NCBI GenBank assembly: GCA_910587915.1
Contig: CAJUOB010000008.1
Span: 12,099 to 76,098 of the forward strand
DNA: 64,000 bases
Source of the DNA: an uncultured Muribaculaceae bacterium
Lineage (GTDB): Bacteria; Bacteroidota; Bacteroidia; Bacteroidales; Muribaculaceae
Direction of reading: 5' to 3'
Below, one piece after another: positions 10,155 to 19,063 of this stretch. Position numbers and translations under genes: made by a program. The stretch's first letter is position 1, and every line of letters starts with the position of its first letter. The notes below the pieces were generated by a model, which had not been told where the DNA came from, made no database searches, and was given only the letters and a program-made list of their open reading frames with translations.

Positions 10155-11177
10155 CTACTTGGCTGCAACAAATTCGTCGAGGAAGCGAACATCGTTCTCG
10201 GAGAACATGCGCAGGTCTTTCACCTGATACTTGAGGTTGGTGATACGTTCTATACCCATGCCGAGAGCGAAGCCGGTATATTCTTTCGAGTCTATGCCGC
10301 AGGCCTCAAGCACATTGGGATCGACCATACCGCAGCCCAGAATCTCGACCCAGCCGGTGCCTTTGCAGAACGAGCAGCCCTTGCCACCGCAAAGGTTGCA
10401 GCTTATATCCATCTCGGCCGAGGGTTCGGTGAAGGGGAAGTAGCTGGGGCGCAGACGGATTTCGGTCTGAGGGCCGAACATCTCGCGGGCAAAGTAGAGA
10501 AGGGTCTGGCGAAGATCGGCAAAAGTCACGTTCTTATCCACATAGAGTGCTTCCACTTGATGGAAGAAGCAGTGTGCGCGTGCCGAAATAGCCTCGTTGC
10601 GATATACACGACCGGGGCAGATAATACGGATTGGCGGCTTCTGCGAAGTCATAACACGAGTCTGCACGCTCGAGGTGTGTGTGCGAAGAAGCACATCCGG
10701 ACGACGGCCGATGAAGAATGTATCCTGCATGTCGCGGGCAGGATGGTCGGCGGCAAAGTTCAGACTTTCAAACACGTGCCAGTCGTCCTCGATTTCCGGA
10801 CCTTCGGCAATGGTAAAGCCAAGACGGCGGAATATGTCGATAATCTGCTCACGTACCAGCGACAACGGATGGCGTGTACCCAGAGCCACGGGAGCGGCTG
10901 TGCGGGTCAGATCGGGCACATCGGCCTTTGCACGGCCGGCCTCGGCAGTCTCGCGAAGTGCGTTGATGGTATCCGTGGCAAATGTCTTGAGTTCGTTCAG
11001 AGCCTGACCAAGCTCGCGCTTCTGTTCGGCAGGAACAGTTCGGAAATCGTTCATAAGCGCCGAAATAGCGCCTTTTTTGCTTAAATATTTGATACGCAGG
11101 GCTTCCACATCCACGGCATCACCCGATGCGGCAAGAGCGGCAAGCTCAGCCCGGAGAGCGTTTATCTTATCTATCAT
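10155..11177 (-). CDS. pheS: Phenylalanine--tRNA ligase alpha subunit
   Basis: HPARDMQDTF, LLRTHTSSVQ, FHQVE, YFPFTEPS and GMGIER motifs. Confidence 0.98.
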   Translation of the reverse strand: MIDKINALRAELAALAASGDAVDVEALRIKYLSKKGAISALMNDFRTVPAEQKRELGQALNELKTFATDTINALRETAEAGRAKADVPDLTRTAAPVALGTRHPLSLVREQIIDIFRRLGFTIAEGPEIEDDWHVFESLNFAADHPARDMQDTFFIGRRPDVLLRTHTSSVQTRVMTSQKPPIRIICPGRVYRNEAISARAHCFFHQVEALYVDKNVTFADLRQTLLYFAREMFGPQTEIRLRPSYFPFTEPSAEMDISCNLCGGKGCSFCKGTGWVEILGCGMVDPNVLEACGIDSKEYTGFALGMGIERITNLKYQVKDLRMFSENDVRFLDEFVAAK

Positions 11178-11196
11178 ATCAGTACGGTATTTTGCG

Positions 11197-11204
11197 CAAA
11201 ATTA
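11197..11204 (-). promoter_or_regulatory. Sigma-A -7 element for pheS
   Basis: TAATTTTG on minus strand about 20 nt upstream of ATG. Confidence 0.65.
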
Positions 11205-11265
11205 CAAAAAAAATCCGTGACACAGCGCATTATCGGGGCTTCTCTAAAAATTCCGCGCAAATAAA

Positions 11266-11295
11266 TGCCCGGCCGGGCATAAGTCCGGTCGGGCA
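11266..11295 (-). terminator. Probable terminator after the fimbrillin gene
   Basis: GC-rich imperfect inverted repeat tgcccggccgggc-ataa-gtccggtcgggca, followed on minus strand by tttattt. Confidence 0.55.
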
Positions 11296-11327
11296 CGGGA
11301 GAGATATATAATAGAGGGAGAGGAGAA

Positions 11328-12377
11328 TCAGTCGGTCGGTTCGAGAGTGAACTCATCTACAGTCACATTGAAATCAATCGGGTGTAGTACCGTAGGATTA
11401 TCTATCTGGATATTATACACATATGCATGGCCAATCTTCCATTCCTTGACGGTCTGTGTGGTTACAGGGAACATCAGTTTTCCACACTGGCTCTCAGAGA
11501 CAAGCTGAGTGGATGGCGTTGCAGCGTTAGGCCATATCTTGGCACCGGTAGCCGTATCGAAAATCTCACAATCTACCTGAATAGCATTGCCTGTATAGCC
11601 GGTTCCATTAGCCTCGAGCTCTTCGAGGGGCTGGGGAAGCATGAAACTCATCTCGAGGTTACCCTCGGTCAGATTGACAGGAGTCGAAGTAAGTGTGGTG
11701 AAATCCGATTCCTCGAATGCGTAGTAGGTCAGAATATTGGTAGGCTGCTTCAGATCAGACCACGAGCCCACATTCTGAGGCAGTGTGACCGAAGTCGTAG
11801 CCTGCGGGAAGGTGAAGGTACCGCGGAAGTCTACTTCATTGAGCGATACATGGGCCACTTTCACCGTGATGTCGGGATTCTGCGAGCTCAGCAGCACATC
11901 CACACGCGACAGCGCATGGCGGAAGTTCATCAGCACAGGACTTGCCTTGGCTGTCTCACCCATATTGACGGCATACAGAAGATCGGTAGAACCGGTATTC
12001 GAATAGTCAGGTATCTGGCCATCGGTCGACGGACCCATCGAGGGAGAATTCGAGATGTCCGGGCTATATGCGTAGAAGTTCACCGGTGTAGATGGCCAAT
12101 AGGCCACCGGAGAGTATCCCCACTTGGCACCGCTACGTGTCACCTTCACACCTTCCATATATGGTTTACCATTTGTAAAGGCATACACGATGAAACTATT
12201 GATGCTCGTCGTGGTTGTCGATTCAGCCCTCGAAGACTTCGGGACCACCGCACCAAACGATATTGCACCATCAGCCGAAGCCTGAGGCTCTTCCGAGGAA
12301 TCGGAGCAGGAAGCTATCCCGCCGGCAATCACCGCTCCTGCGGCAATCATCCCCAATGTTTTAAAATTGATTTTCAT
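11328..12377 (-). CDS. Fimbrillin family (type V pilin, Mfa-like) lipoprotein
   Basis: Lipobox GIASC; SSRA putative processing site; YWPS, NFYAYSP, FRHALSRV; C-terminal IDFNVTVDEF strand. Confidence 0.85.
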   Translation of the reverse strand: MKINFKTLGMIAAGAVIAGGIASCSDSSEEPQASADGAISFGAVVPKSSRAESTTTTSINSFIVYAFTNGKPYMEGVKVTRSGAKWGYSPVAYWPSTPVNFYAYSPDISNSPSMGPSTDGQIPDYSNTGSTDLLYAVNMGETAKASPVLMNFRHALSRVDVLLSSQNPDITVKVAHVSLNEVDFRGTFTFPQATTSVTLPQNVGSWSDLKQPTNILTYYAFEESDFTTLTSTPVNLTEGNLEMSFMLPQPLEELEANGTGYTGNAIQVDCEIFDTATGAKIWPNAATPSTQLVSESQCGKLMFPVTTQTVKEWKIGHAYVYNIQIDNPTVLHPIDFNVTVDEFTLEPTD

Positions 12378-12431
12378 AAGTAGGTAGTTTATTAGTTTAA
12401 CAATATCATATCGGTTACTGTTCGACCGTGG

Positions 12432-13412
12432 TCAGCCCTTTATGTTGATAATGGTCTCCACCCAGCCATCCACACTCACATCGAAGGCGCCTTCTCCGGC
12501 GGGCGATGATTCCGGCAGATCGATTCCGCCCACCTTTATGTGCACATTCATTGCATCGGGAGCATTGCGGGTTTGGTCAGTCACATCGAATGCGTAGCTG
12601 AATTTACGGCCATCGGTAAGCCACACATACAACACTAAATTATTTTCAACAGCATTCTCAGCCGGAAGTCCTATCGTAAGGAAAGAACCGGCAACACTTG
12701 TATCGCTCTGTCTGGCAGCCTTGACGGGAAGTGTGGCAGCCGGAAGACAGCGCACGCCGTCGCACAGCGACAGTTCCGACGCCATTCCGGTCATGGCAGC
12801 GCACATGCGCCGCACGCCGCTGAGATTTTTTATATCGGTAATCTCATAGGTATACGACGCCATCATAGCCCGCGGAAATAAAGTGAGTATCTTGTTCGGA
12901 CAGTATTCCATTGAAGCCGAGCCGTCCGCACGCCAGCGCACGCCATCGTCGGTCAAAGTCACTTCATCTATAGCCTGCATCCACAACTGGTCGGGACACG
13001 CCACCACAGGCTCCGTGCCCAGTGAGTCAGGGCCTCCTCCCACACTATCGTAGAGCCTGCTGCGGTATGTAGAGGCCTTCATGCCTCGGAAACCATCCGA
13101 AGGCTCCGAGATTATAGTGGCCGAAGTATCATCGTTGAATCCTATTGCGTGATAGCAACCATCGGGCAACGGCACCACACCGCCATAACGGCCCGGGAAG
13201 TCGTAGCGCCAAAAATCGCGCGTATCATCAGCAAAGAAAATATAGGCCATACCTTCCGGCTCTGCCGTAGGGGCCTCGCGCCAATCAGATGCCACGGAAA
13301 ACTCATCAGGACAGTTATCGTAATCGTATATCAATGAACAGCTGCATACCGCCAGAAGCGACATGCACCACGCCAGAAGCGACAGAACGGTTCTACATAA
13401 GCTACGCAACAT
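12432..13412 (-). CDS. DUF5119-like lipoprotein (type V pilin accessory/anchor)
   Basis: Lipobox VCSC; PEGM, FDVTDQ and C-terminal GAFDVSVDGW motifs; directly upstream of fimbrillin. Confidence 0.75.
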   Translation of the reverse strand: MLRSLCRTVLSLLAWCMSLLAVCSCSLIYDYDNCPDEFSVASDWREAPTAEPEGMAYIFFADDTRDFWRYDFPGRYGGVVPLPDGCYHAIGFNDDTSATIISEPSDGFRGMKASTYRSRLYDSVGGGPDSLGTEPVVACPDQLWMQAIDEVTLTDDGVRWRADGSASMEYCPNKILTLFPRAMMASYTYEITDIKNLSGVRRMCAAMTGMASELSLCDGVRCLPAATLPVKAARQSDTSVAGSFLTIGLPAENAVENNLVLYVWLTDGRKFSYAFDVTDQTRNAPDAMNVHIKVGGIDLPESSPAGEGAFDVSVDGWVETIINIKG

Positions 13413-13432
13413 CAGAAAAATTGATTCTACGA

Positions 13433-13461
13433 TATAACGCGCAGCTCTTCACATTTGTTGA
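13433..13461 (-). promoter_or_regulatory. Candidate ECF sigma promoter for the pilin pair
   Basis: Minus strand tcAAC-N17-CGTtata; no TAnnTTTG seen in this intergenic region. Confidence 0.5.
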
Positions 13462-13466
13462 CAGAT

Positions 13467-13500
13467 AAAAAAACGGCGCATGCCTGCGAGACATGCGCCG
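13467..13500 (-). terminator. Intrinsic terminator of the large T9SS cargo gene
   Basis: Minus strand cggcgcatg-tctcgcagg-catgcgccg-tttttt. Confidence 0.85.
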
Positions 13501-13518
13501 AATAGTATATTATGATTA

Positions 13519-16500
13519 TTAGCGTATTACCTGTTTAGTGGCAGATCCATCGGGTGCAACTACTATATAGACGCTGCCGCGCGATGGATTCTTCACCTCA
13601 ATACCCTGCAGATTGAAGAAACGCACATCACCGCAAGTGTCCAACGATATGCTTCCGATGCCCGACATTACAGCTCCGGCATCGTTAGAGAACGCCGACT
13701 CACCTAAATGGTATCGTGTGGTCACGTTGTACACATGATTGCCCGATGCTGTGGCATCCACATATTCCTCGGTGTCGGAAGTGCCGATTTTCTCGCCATC
13801 GCGATATATGTTGTATCCTGTTATTTCGAGCGTTTCCTTCGGAGCCGAGGCTGCCGTGAAGCAGATGTCGTCGATAACAACAGCCTTATTGCAGCCAGTC
13901 GACAGTTCCACACGGATAGCCGCATACTTGGCATCGGACGGCAAGGTATATTCATAGAACCGGAAGCCCTTCTCCGCATCGTATTCCGTACCGGCCGGCA
14001 CTGCGACACCTTCGGCGAACACTTCGAAATCTGCAATATCACACCCTGTGGTGGAGTAAAGCACGTCGAGCTTTTCATCGGGCGATGTGCCCCAACCCAT
14101 CGCTGCGGCATGCGCCCAGAACGATATGGTGGTTTCGCCGGCGAACAGTTCCGGCAAGATTAACCAATCGGAGCTCGCACCGGTGGCCGCACCCCATGCG
14201 ATGAGAGAATAGTTACCGGAGTGTGTATTCACGCCATTGGTCTTTAGATCGATCGCAGGATAGGGATCGCCGGTCTTATTCACCTGGAATGCCATGGGCT
14301 TGGTACCGTTAGGCTGGGCAGACCACGATGAAACGACCACCGTAGCGGCACCGTCACCGTCGTACACCATATAGTCGCCGATAGTACCCGATGCATTGTT
14401 TTCATTCACACCCCCGAAATCCCATGCGGTGAGCGTCTCGAGATCATCGACAGAAGCAGTCGGATTGCGGTCCTCGTCGGGACGGTCCCATGTCAGATGC
14501 ACTCCGTCATCCTTGGCATCGGCTGCAAGCGTACCGATGACAGGCAGGCGTGGAACCTGAGCCGTCACACTGAGAGTAGCCACATTATTAGCGGCATACT
14601 CATCTCCCTCGAAATCGACCTTGGCTTCAAGAACGGTTTCTGCAAAATTGACAGGTATAACCACTGCAATGTCGAACACCGCCGAAGCATCGGGTGCAAG
14701 GTCCACACCCGGAACACTCGCGAGCAGGCGGTCGTTTCCATATATGCCCACTGTATAGCCTGAGGCCGATTCAGAACCATCGTTGGCCACCTTCACACTA
14801 TAGATTGCCTCGCTGCCGGCGTCAAGTATAGCCGGGCCTGAGAATGAGCTTATACCAAGATTCTTGCGGAGCACATCGGCCACACGTATATTGTCGATAT
14901 ACATATCCTGATATACCTGTGCGGATGCCTTGAATCCTATCTGCACCTCACTACAGCCCTTCAGCGACGAAAGATCGACGCTCATCTGCGTCCACTCCAC
15001 ATTGGCCACCGACTTGCTCTCAGCGGTTGTCCAGCTTACACCACGATCACCGGAAAGCAGCACATCAAGAGCCACGGCGTCGCCGGTATCATCGGCAGCA
15101 CGATACCAGAATTTAAGCACCGGATTTGCCAGAGCTGTGATATCAATCACAGGCGACTGCAGCGTAATCGTACCTTTCGAGGAATATTTCATCCATCCGA
15201 GGTCACCGTCCTGCGATGTATCGGAGTCATCGTAAATACCCTTTGTGGCAGCAGTCCACTCAGGATAGCCGCCCGCTTCCTTGACAGTTGTCCAAGGATC
15301 CACGGATGTCTTTCCACCGGCGAACGACTCTGCAAAAGGCGCCGGATAGGGCTGGCCGAATGTCAGCGCATTGGAATTGAAGCCGGTGCTTTCTCCGGCT
15401 ACATTCGAGGCATACACCGTGTATTGGAGCACATGCTGGGTCGCCACATCCTGTTTATCGTCGGTATAGGAGCATGCATCGAGTCCGGTTGCCACATCGG
15501 CCTTGCTCGAAGTCAGAACCACACGGTAACGGAGATTCGCCGGATTCACATAGCCGCCATTCACACCCTCTACGGGAGCCGACCAACTCAACACGGCAGC
15601 ATCGCCTACCTGCTTGAGGACAACATCCGTCACTGCCAATGGCACATCTTCGCCCACATAGGCCTCGGCAGTTGCAGCATAGCCCTTACCGGCTGCGTTA
15701 TAGAACACTACCGAGTATACATTGGTGCCATTGGCCGCCGATTTATCGGTAGCGGATATTTTCTCGCCTGGAGCAGGAGACTGAACGGTTTCCACCAACT
15801 GACCGGTGGTGAGGTTGAGCACTTCCGCTTTCTCCAACGATGCGATGGCAGTGCCGTCGACAGCCTTCGAAGGAGCTACAGCCGTAACATTTGCTTCGAG
15901 GGCACCCGCCGTGCCGGCAATAACCGATACCTCGGTTGGAGCGGCTGGGGCTTTTTTCGACACGGGCTCCGATATGGACACCGTATAGACATAGAGACTG
16001 TACTGATACTTCGGACTTGTGCAGTGGATACCAAGACAATAGGCGCCGTCGCTTTCCGGAGTGAAAATCACTGTCTGCGGCGAACGCGTGGTATTCATCA
16101 CCGAGCCATTTTCGAGCACGGGAACAGTCAGCGCCTCGGCAGAAGGCGACGTACCGGCCATCACCTCGAAGGTCTCGGCATAGCGGTTGTTGCCGGAACG
16201 CATCTCCAGTGTTATGGTATACTCATGACCGGCTTTCATATTCACCGACGGAGTTATGAGCCAATCGTCCGAGGCGAGGTCGCGGCTATAACTGCACATC
16301 ACACCGTTCACCGACCATGCCCAGGTTTTACTGTCGTTATTGGCATCGATCACAGTACAGAATTTGAACTGGTCCTCTTTGGTAAGATCAAGAGCTACCG
16401 GGGCTTCGAGACATACACCCAAAGTAAGTGGCTCCGACGCGGCTGCCACGCCGGTCTTGCCCGAGAACACAGCGCTCACCTCGTAGGTATAATCGCCAAG

Positions 16501-17829
16501 GACACCCGGGAGTTCGGTATCGGTACACGACGTGACAGTCAAACCATCGGCCACCACCTTACCGCCCGGCATACGCCGCACAGTATATGTCACCGCCGTC
16601 GGATCGATATAGCCACGGTTCGCGCCCGATGTGACAGCACTCCAGCTGACCGACACTTTCTCACCATCAAACGTGGCGGAAACCGATGCAGGAGCCGCCG
16701 GCACATCATTGCCGGCATATACTGTCAACCTCGAGGAAGCTCCACGTCCGGCAGAGGTAGAAGCATAGGCCACCAGCGCATGACGTCCTTCGGTCAGCAC
16801 CACATTGCGGCTGACAGACGTGCCGGGCACACCGCTACCTTCCAGAAGCTGTTCGCCATTATCTTCCACAATATACGACACATTGCCGCTAAGAGAAGCA
16901 CCGGATATCGATACTGTCGGCAACGTGAACGATACAACACCCTCGAGGGCCGGACCTTCGAGCGACACGGCAAAATCGCCCACAGCCTGCGGGCCGTTTA
17001 TATCAGCGATACCGCTGGCCGAATAAAGACCGACAAACTCCTCATCGTCCGAAAATGTCCGGACATTGGTAGCTTTGCCTGTGGCTGTATCAATCTTGAA
17101 CAGGGCGGCCACATCGGCATTGCAGGCAGCCCAGTACATTTCTTTTGTAGTAAAGTCGAAGCAACCCGACTGGTTCCAACGCGCCGGGCGAAAACCGGTA
17201 TCGCCCACAAGAGTGCAATCACCGGTCGCGCGGTCGAATGTGTAGAGATTGCCATCGGCGGCAACACCATATATGTCGCCCGCGGTATCGGCAGCCAATG
17301 CCAGCACTGGCATGGGTCCCAGATTGTCGGTAAGTTCTATCGCCTTGATGGCATCCACAGTTCCGTCGGTAAGATTCAATGTGCCGAACACATATCCCGA
17401 CGATGTACCATTCAGAAATACTCCGTACACTTTGTTATCTACCGGACACCATGTAAGGTCGTTGGCGCTCGTAGTCAACGGTGCATCCTGTTGTCCGAGA
17501 AGCTCCCACGTGGTGGCATCGTAGGTATAGAGGGTGTTCTTCTGTATCTTTCCTGTATTTGGAACGTGTGTGAGCACATAATACTTGCCATCTACATAGA
17601 CGGCACCTCCATTGCCATAGATATTTGTGCTTTCAGGACGATACTCCAGAACGACTCCGCCGGAATTATCGGCGGTAAAGGAATAGACACCCGCCTCGGT
17701 AGCATCCTCAGCGCCCCATGAGCGCGTATATATAAGGTTGCCGTAGAGAGTCGGTGCAGCCATCTGAGCCGCCGCCGGCATAAACACCGACGACAACGCC
17801 ACGAAGGCCGTCAAAAATAATTTTCGCAT
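13519..17829 (-). CDS. Large multidomain surface protein with T9SS C-terminal sorting domain (propeller-like N-terminus, FN3-like and cleaved-adhesin-like modules)
   Basis: Signal peptide MRKLF...AAA; repeated VSW/LSW/LTW FN3-like units; DDWLITP and SDWLILP adhesin motifs; C-terminus FNLQGIEVKNPSRGSVYIV...KQVIR. Confidence 0.8.
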   Translation of the reverse strand: MRKLFLTAFVALSSVFMPAAAQMAAPTLYGNLIYTRSWGAEDATEAGVYSFTADNSGGVVLEYRPESTNIYGNGGAVYVDGKYYVLTHVPNTGKIQKNTLYTYDATTWELLGQQDAPLTTSANDLTWCPVDNKVYGVFLNGTSSGYVFGTLNLTDGTVDAIKAIELTDNLGPMPVLALAADTAGDIYGVAADGNLYTFDRATGDCTLVGDTGFRPARWNQSGCFDFTTKEMYWAACNADVAALFKIDTATGKATNVRTFSDDEEFVGLYSASGIADINGPQAVGDFAVSLEGPALEGVVSFTLPTVSISGASLSGNVSYIVEDNGEQLLEGSGVPGTSVSRNVVLTEGRHALVAYASTSAGRGASSRLTVYAGNDVPAAPASVSATFDGEKVSVSWSAVTSGANRGYIDPTAVTYTVRRMPGGKVVADGLTVTSCTDTELPGVLGDYTYEVSAVFSGKTGVAAASEPLTLGVCLEAPVALDLTKEDQFKFCTVIDANNDSKTWAWSVNGVMCSYSRDLASDDWLITPSVNMKAGHEYTITLEMRSGNNRYAETFEVMAGTSPSAEALTVPVLENGSVMNTTRSPQTVIFTPESDGAYCLGIHCTSPKYQYSLYVYTVSISEPVSKKAPAAPTEVSVIAGTAGALEANVTAVAPSKAVDGTAIASLEKAEVLNLTTGQLVETVQSPAPGEKISATDKSAANGTNVYSVVFYNAAGKGYAATAEAYVGEDVPLAVTDVVLKQVGDAAVLSWSAPVEGVNGGYVNPANLRYRVVLTSSKADVATGLDACSYTDDKQDVATQHVLQYTVYASNVAGESTGFNSNALTFGQPYPAPFAESFAGGKTSVDPWTTVKEAGGYPEWTAATKGIYDDSDTSQDGDLGWMKYSSKGTITLQSPVIDITALANPVLKFWYRAADDTGDAVALDVLLSGDRGVSWTTAESKSVANVEWTQMSVDLSSLKGCSEVQIGFKASAQVYQDMYIDNIRVADVLRKNLGISSFSGPAILDAGSEAIYSVKVANDGSESASGYTVGIYGNDRLLASVPGVDLAPDASAVFDIAVVIPVNFAETVLEAKVDFEGDEYAANNVATLSVTAQVPRLPVIGTLAADAKDDGVHLTWDRPDEDRNPTASVDDLETLTAWDFGGVNENNASGTIGDYMVYDGDGAATVVVSSWSAQPNGTKPMAFQVNKTGDPYPAIDLKTNGVNTHSGNYSLIAWGAATGASSDWLILPELFAGETTISFWAHAAAMGWGTSPDEKLDVLYSTTGCDIADFEVFAEGVAVPAGTEYDAEKGFRFYEYTLPSDAKYAAIRVELSTGCNKAVVIDDICFTAASAPKETLEITGYNIYRDGEKIGTSDTEEYVDATASGNHVYNVTTRYHLGESAFSNDAGAVMSGIGSISLDTCGDVRFFNLQGIEVKNPSRGSVYIVVAPDGSATKQVIR

Positions 17830-17868
17830 GCGCAACTGTAGTTTGTGATTGTATTGAATTAGTTGCCG

Positions 17869-17876
17869 CAAATATA
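17869..17876 (-). promoter_or_regulatory. Sigma-A -7 element for the T9SS cargo gene
   Basis: TATATTTG on minus strand. Confidence 0.6.
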
Positions 17877-17987
17877 GACATTATCCACATCACTTTTACA
17901 TCAAAGCAGACAAAAATTGCACATCATGCACAAAGCATTCCTGTTTTTACAACTTTTTGACACAAATCAGCACATCAAAAAACATGA

Positions 17988-18015
17988 AAAAGGCGCCTCC
18001 GTAGAAGCGCCTTTT
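17988..18015 (-). terminator. Terminator after the oxidoreductase beta subunit gene
   Basis: aaaaggcgc-ctccgtagaa-gcgcctttt inverted repeat. Confidence 0.8.
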
Positions 18016-18037
18016 CCATGTTTTGTATAGTCGGGGA

Positions 18038-19048
18038 TTATTCCACTGTCCAGGTTTCGCCGGCAAGAATCATGTCGCGAAGAGTATCGAAACCCTTGCG
18101 TGCACGCACTTCCTCAACCTGCGCCGACACACCGTCGTCGTAAGTGGGCGACTCGACATCGCGGATCACACCGAGAGCAAGTGGCAGCGAATGGCCGTCC
18201 ATCATGGCAAGCTGCTGGTGCAGGAAGTTGGACGGTGTATGGGCATCATGCACGAGCACATCGTCGAGAGTATATCCGTCCTCACCGATCGTCACGGCCT
18301 TGAGAAGGAATCCGTCGCGAACCAGGCCCATATTCTTATCCTTACCGAAAATCATCTTCTCGCCATGACGCAGAAGAATAGTGCGGTCGGCGCGGACTTC
18401 GCGGTCGGTGATTGCGTTGTGGATACCATTGTTGAAAATCACACAGTTCTGCAGAATCTCCACCACCGATGTGCCCTTGTGACGGGCTGCAGCGGCAAGC
18501 ACTTCCTGCGAGGTGGCAAGCTCCACATCGATGCTGCGGGCAAAGAAATTGCCACGTGCACCGAATACAAGTTCTGCAGGGATGAAAGGATCCTCAACAG
18601 TACCGTAAGGGCTCGATTTCGACACGAAACCGCGGTCGCTCGTAGGTGAATACTGGCCTTTGGTAAGACCATATATTTTATTATTGAACAGAACGATGTT
18701 GATGTCGATGTTGCGGCGCACTGCATGGATAAAATGGTTGCCACCGATGGCAAGACCGTCGCCGTCGCCTGAAATCTGCCATACAGTCATCTCGGGATTC
18801 GCCACCTTGTAGCCGGTCGCAATGGCAGCGGCGCGGCCATGGATGGTGTGGAAGCCGTAGGTATTCATGTAGTAAGGCAGACGCGAGCTACATCCGATAC
18901 CGGATATAACGGCCGTCTTGTGCGGGGGCACACCCAGAGTGGCCATTGCCTTGTGCAGGGTGTTGAGGATGGCATGGTCGCCGCAGCCGGGGCACCAGCG
19001 CACCGCCTGTTCGCTTTTATAGTCGGCTGCTGTATATTGGGTTGTCAT
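18038..19048 (-). CDS. korB: 2-oxoacid:ferredoxin oxidoreductase beta subunit
   Basis: WCPGCGD, SGIGCSSR, TPP-binding GDGD...NNKIYGLTKGQ. Confidence 0.93.
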   Translation of the reverse strand: MTTQYTAADYKSEQAVRWCPGCGDHAILNTLHKAMATLGVPPHKTAVISGIGCSSRLPYYMNTYGFHTIHGRAAAIATGYKVANPEMTVWQISGDGDGLAIGGNHFIHAVRRNIDINIVLFNNKIYGLTKGQYSPTSDRGFVSKSSPYGTVEDPFIPAELVFGARGNFFARSIDVELATSQEVLAAAARHKGTSVVEILQNCVIFNNGIHNAITDREVRADRTILLRHGEKMIFGKDKNMGLVRDGFLLKAVTIGEDGYTLDDVLVHDAHTPSNFLHQQLAMMDGHSLPLALGVIRDVESPTYDDGVSAQVEEVRARKGFDTLRDMILAGETWTVE

Positions 19049-19063
19049 TGTATATGCTATGGT

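Noticed and set aside
10155..11177. pheS without adjacent pheT
   Set aside because: Split pheS/pheT is ordinary in Bacteroidetes
15424..17721. 765-aa plus-strand ORF
   Set aside because: Antisense shadow of the T9SS cargo gene; no recognisable motifs, and such shadows are expected from GC-rich codon bias
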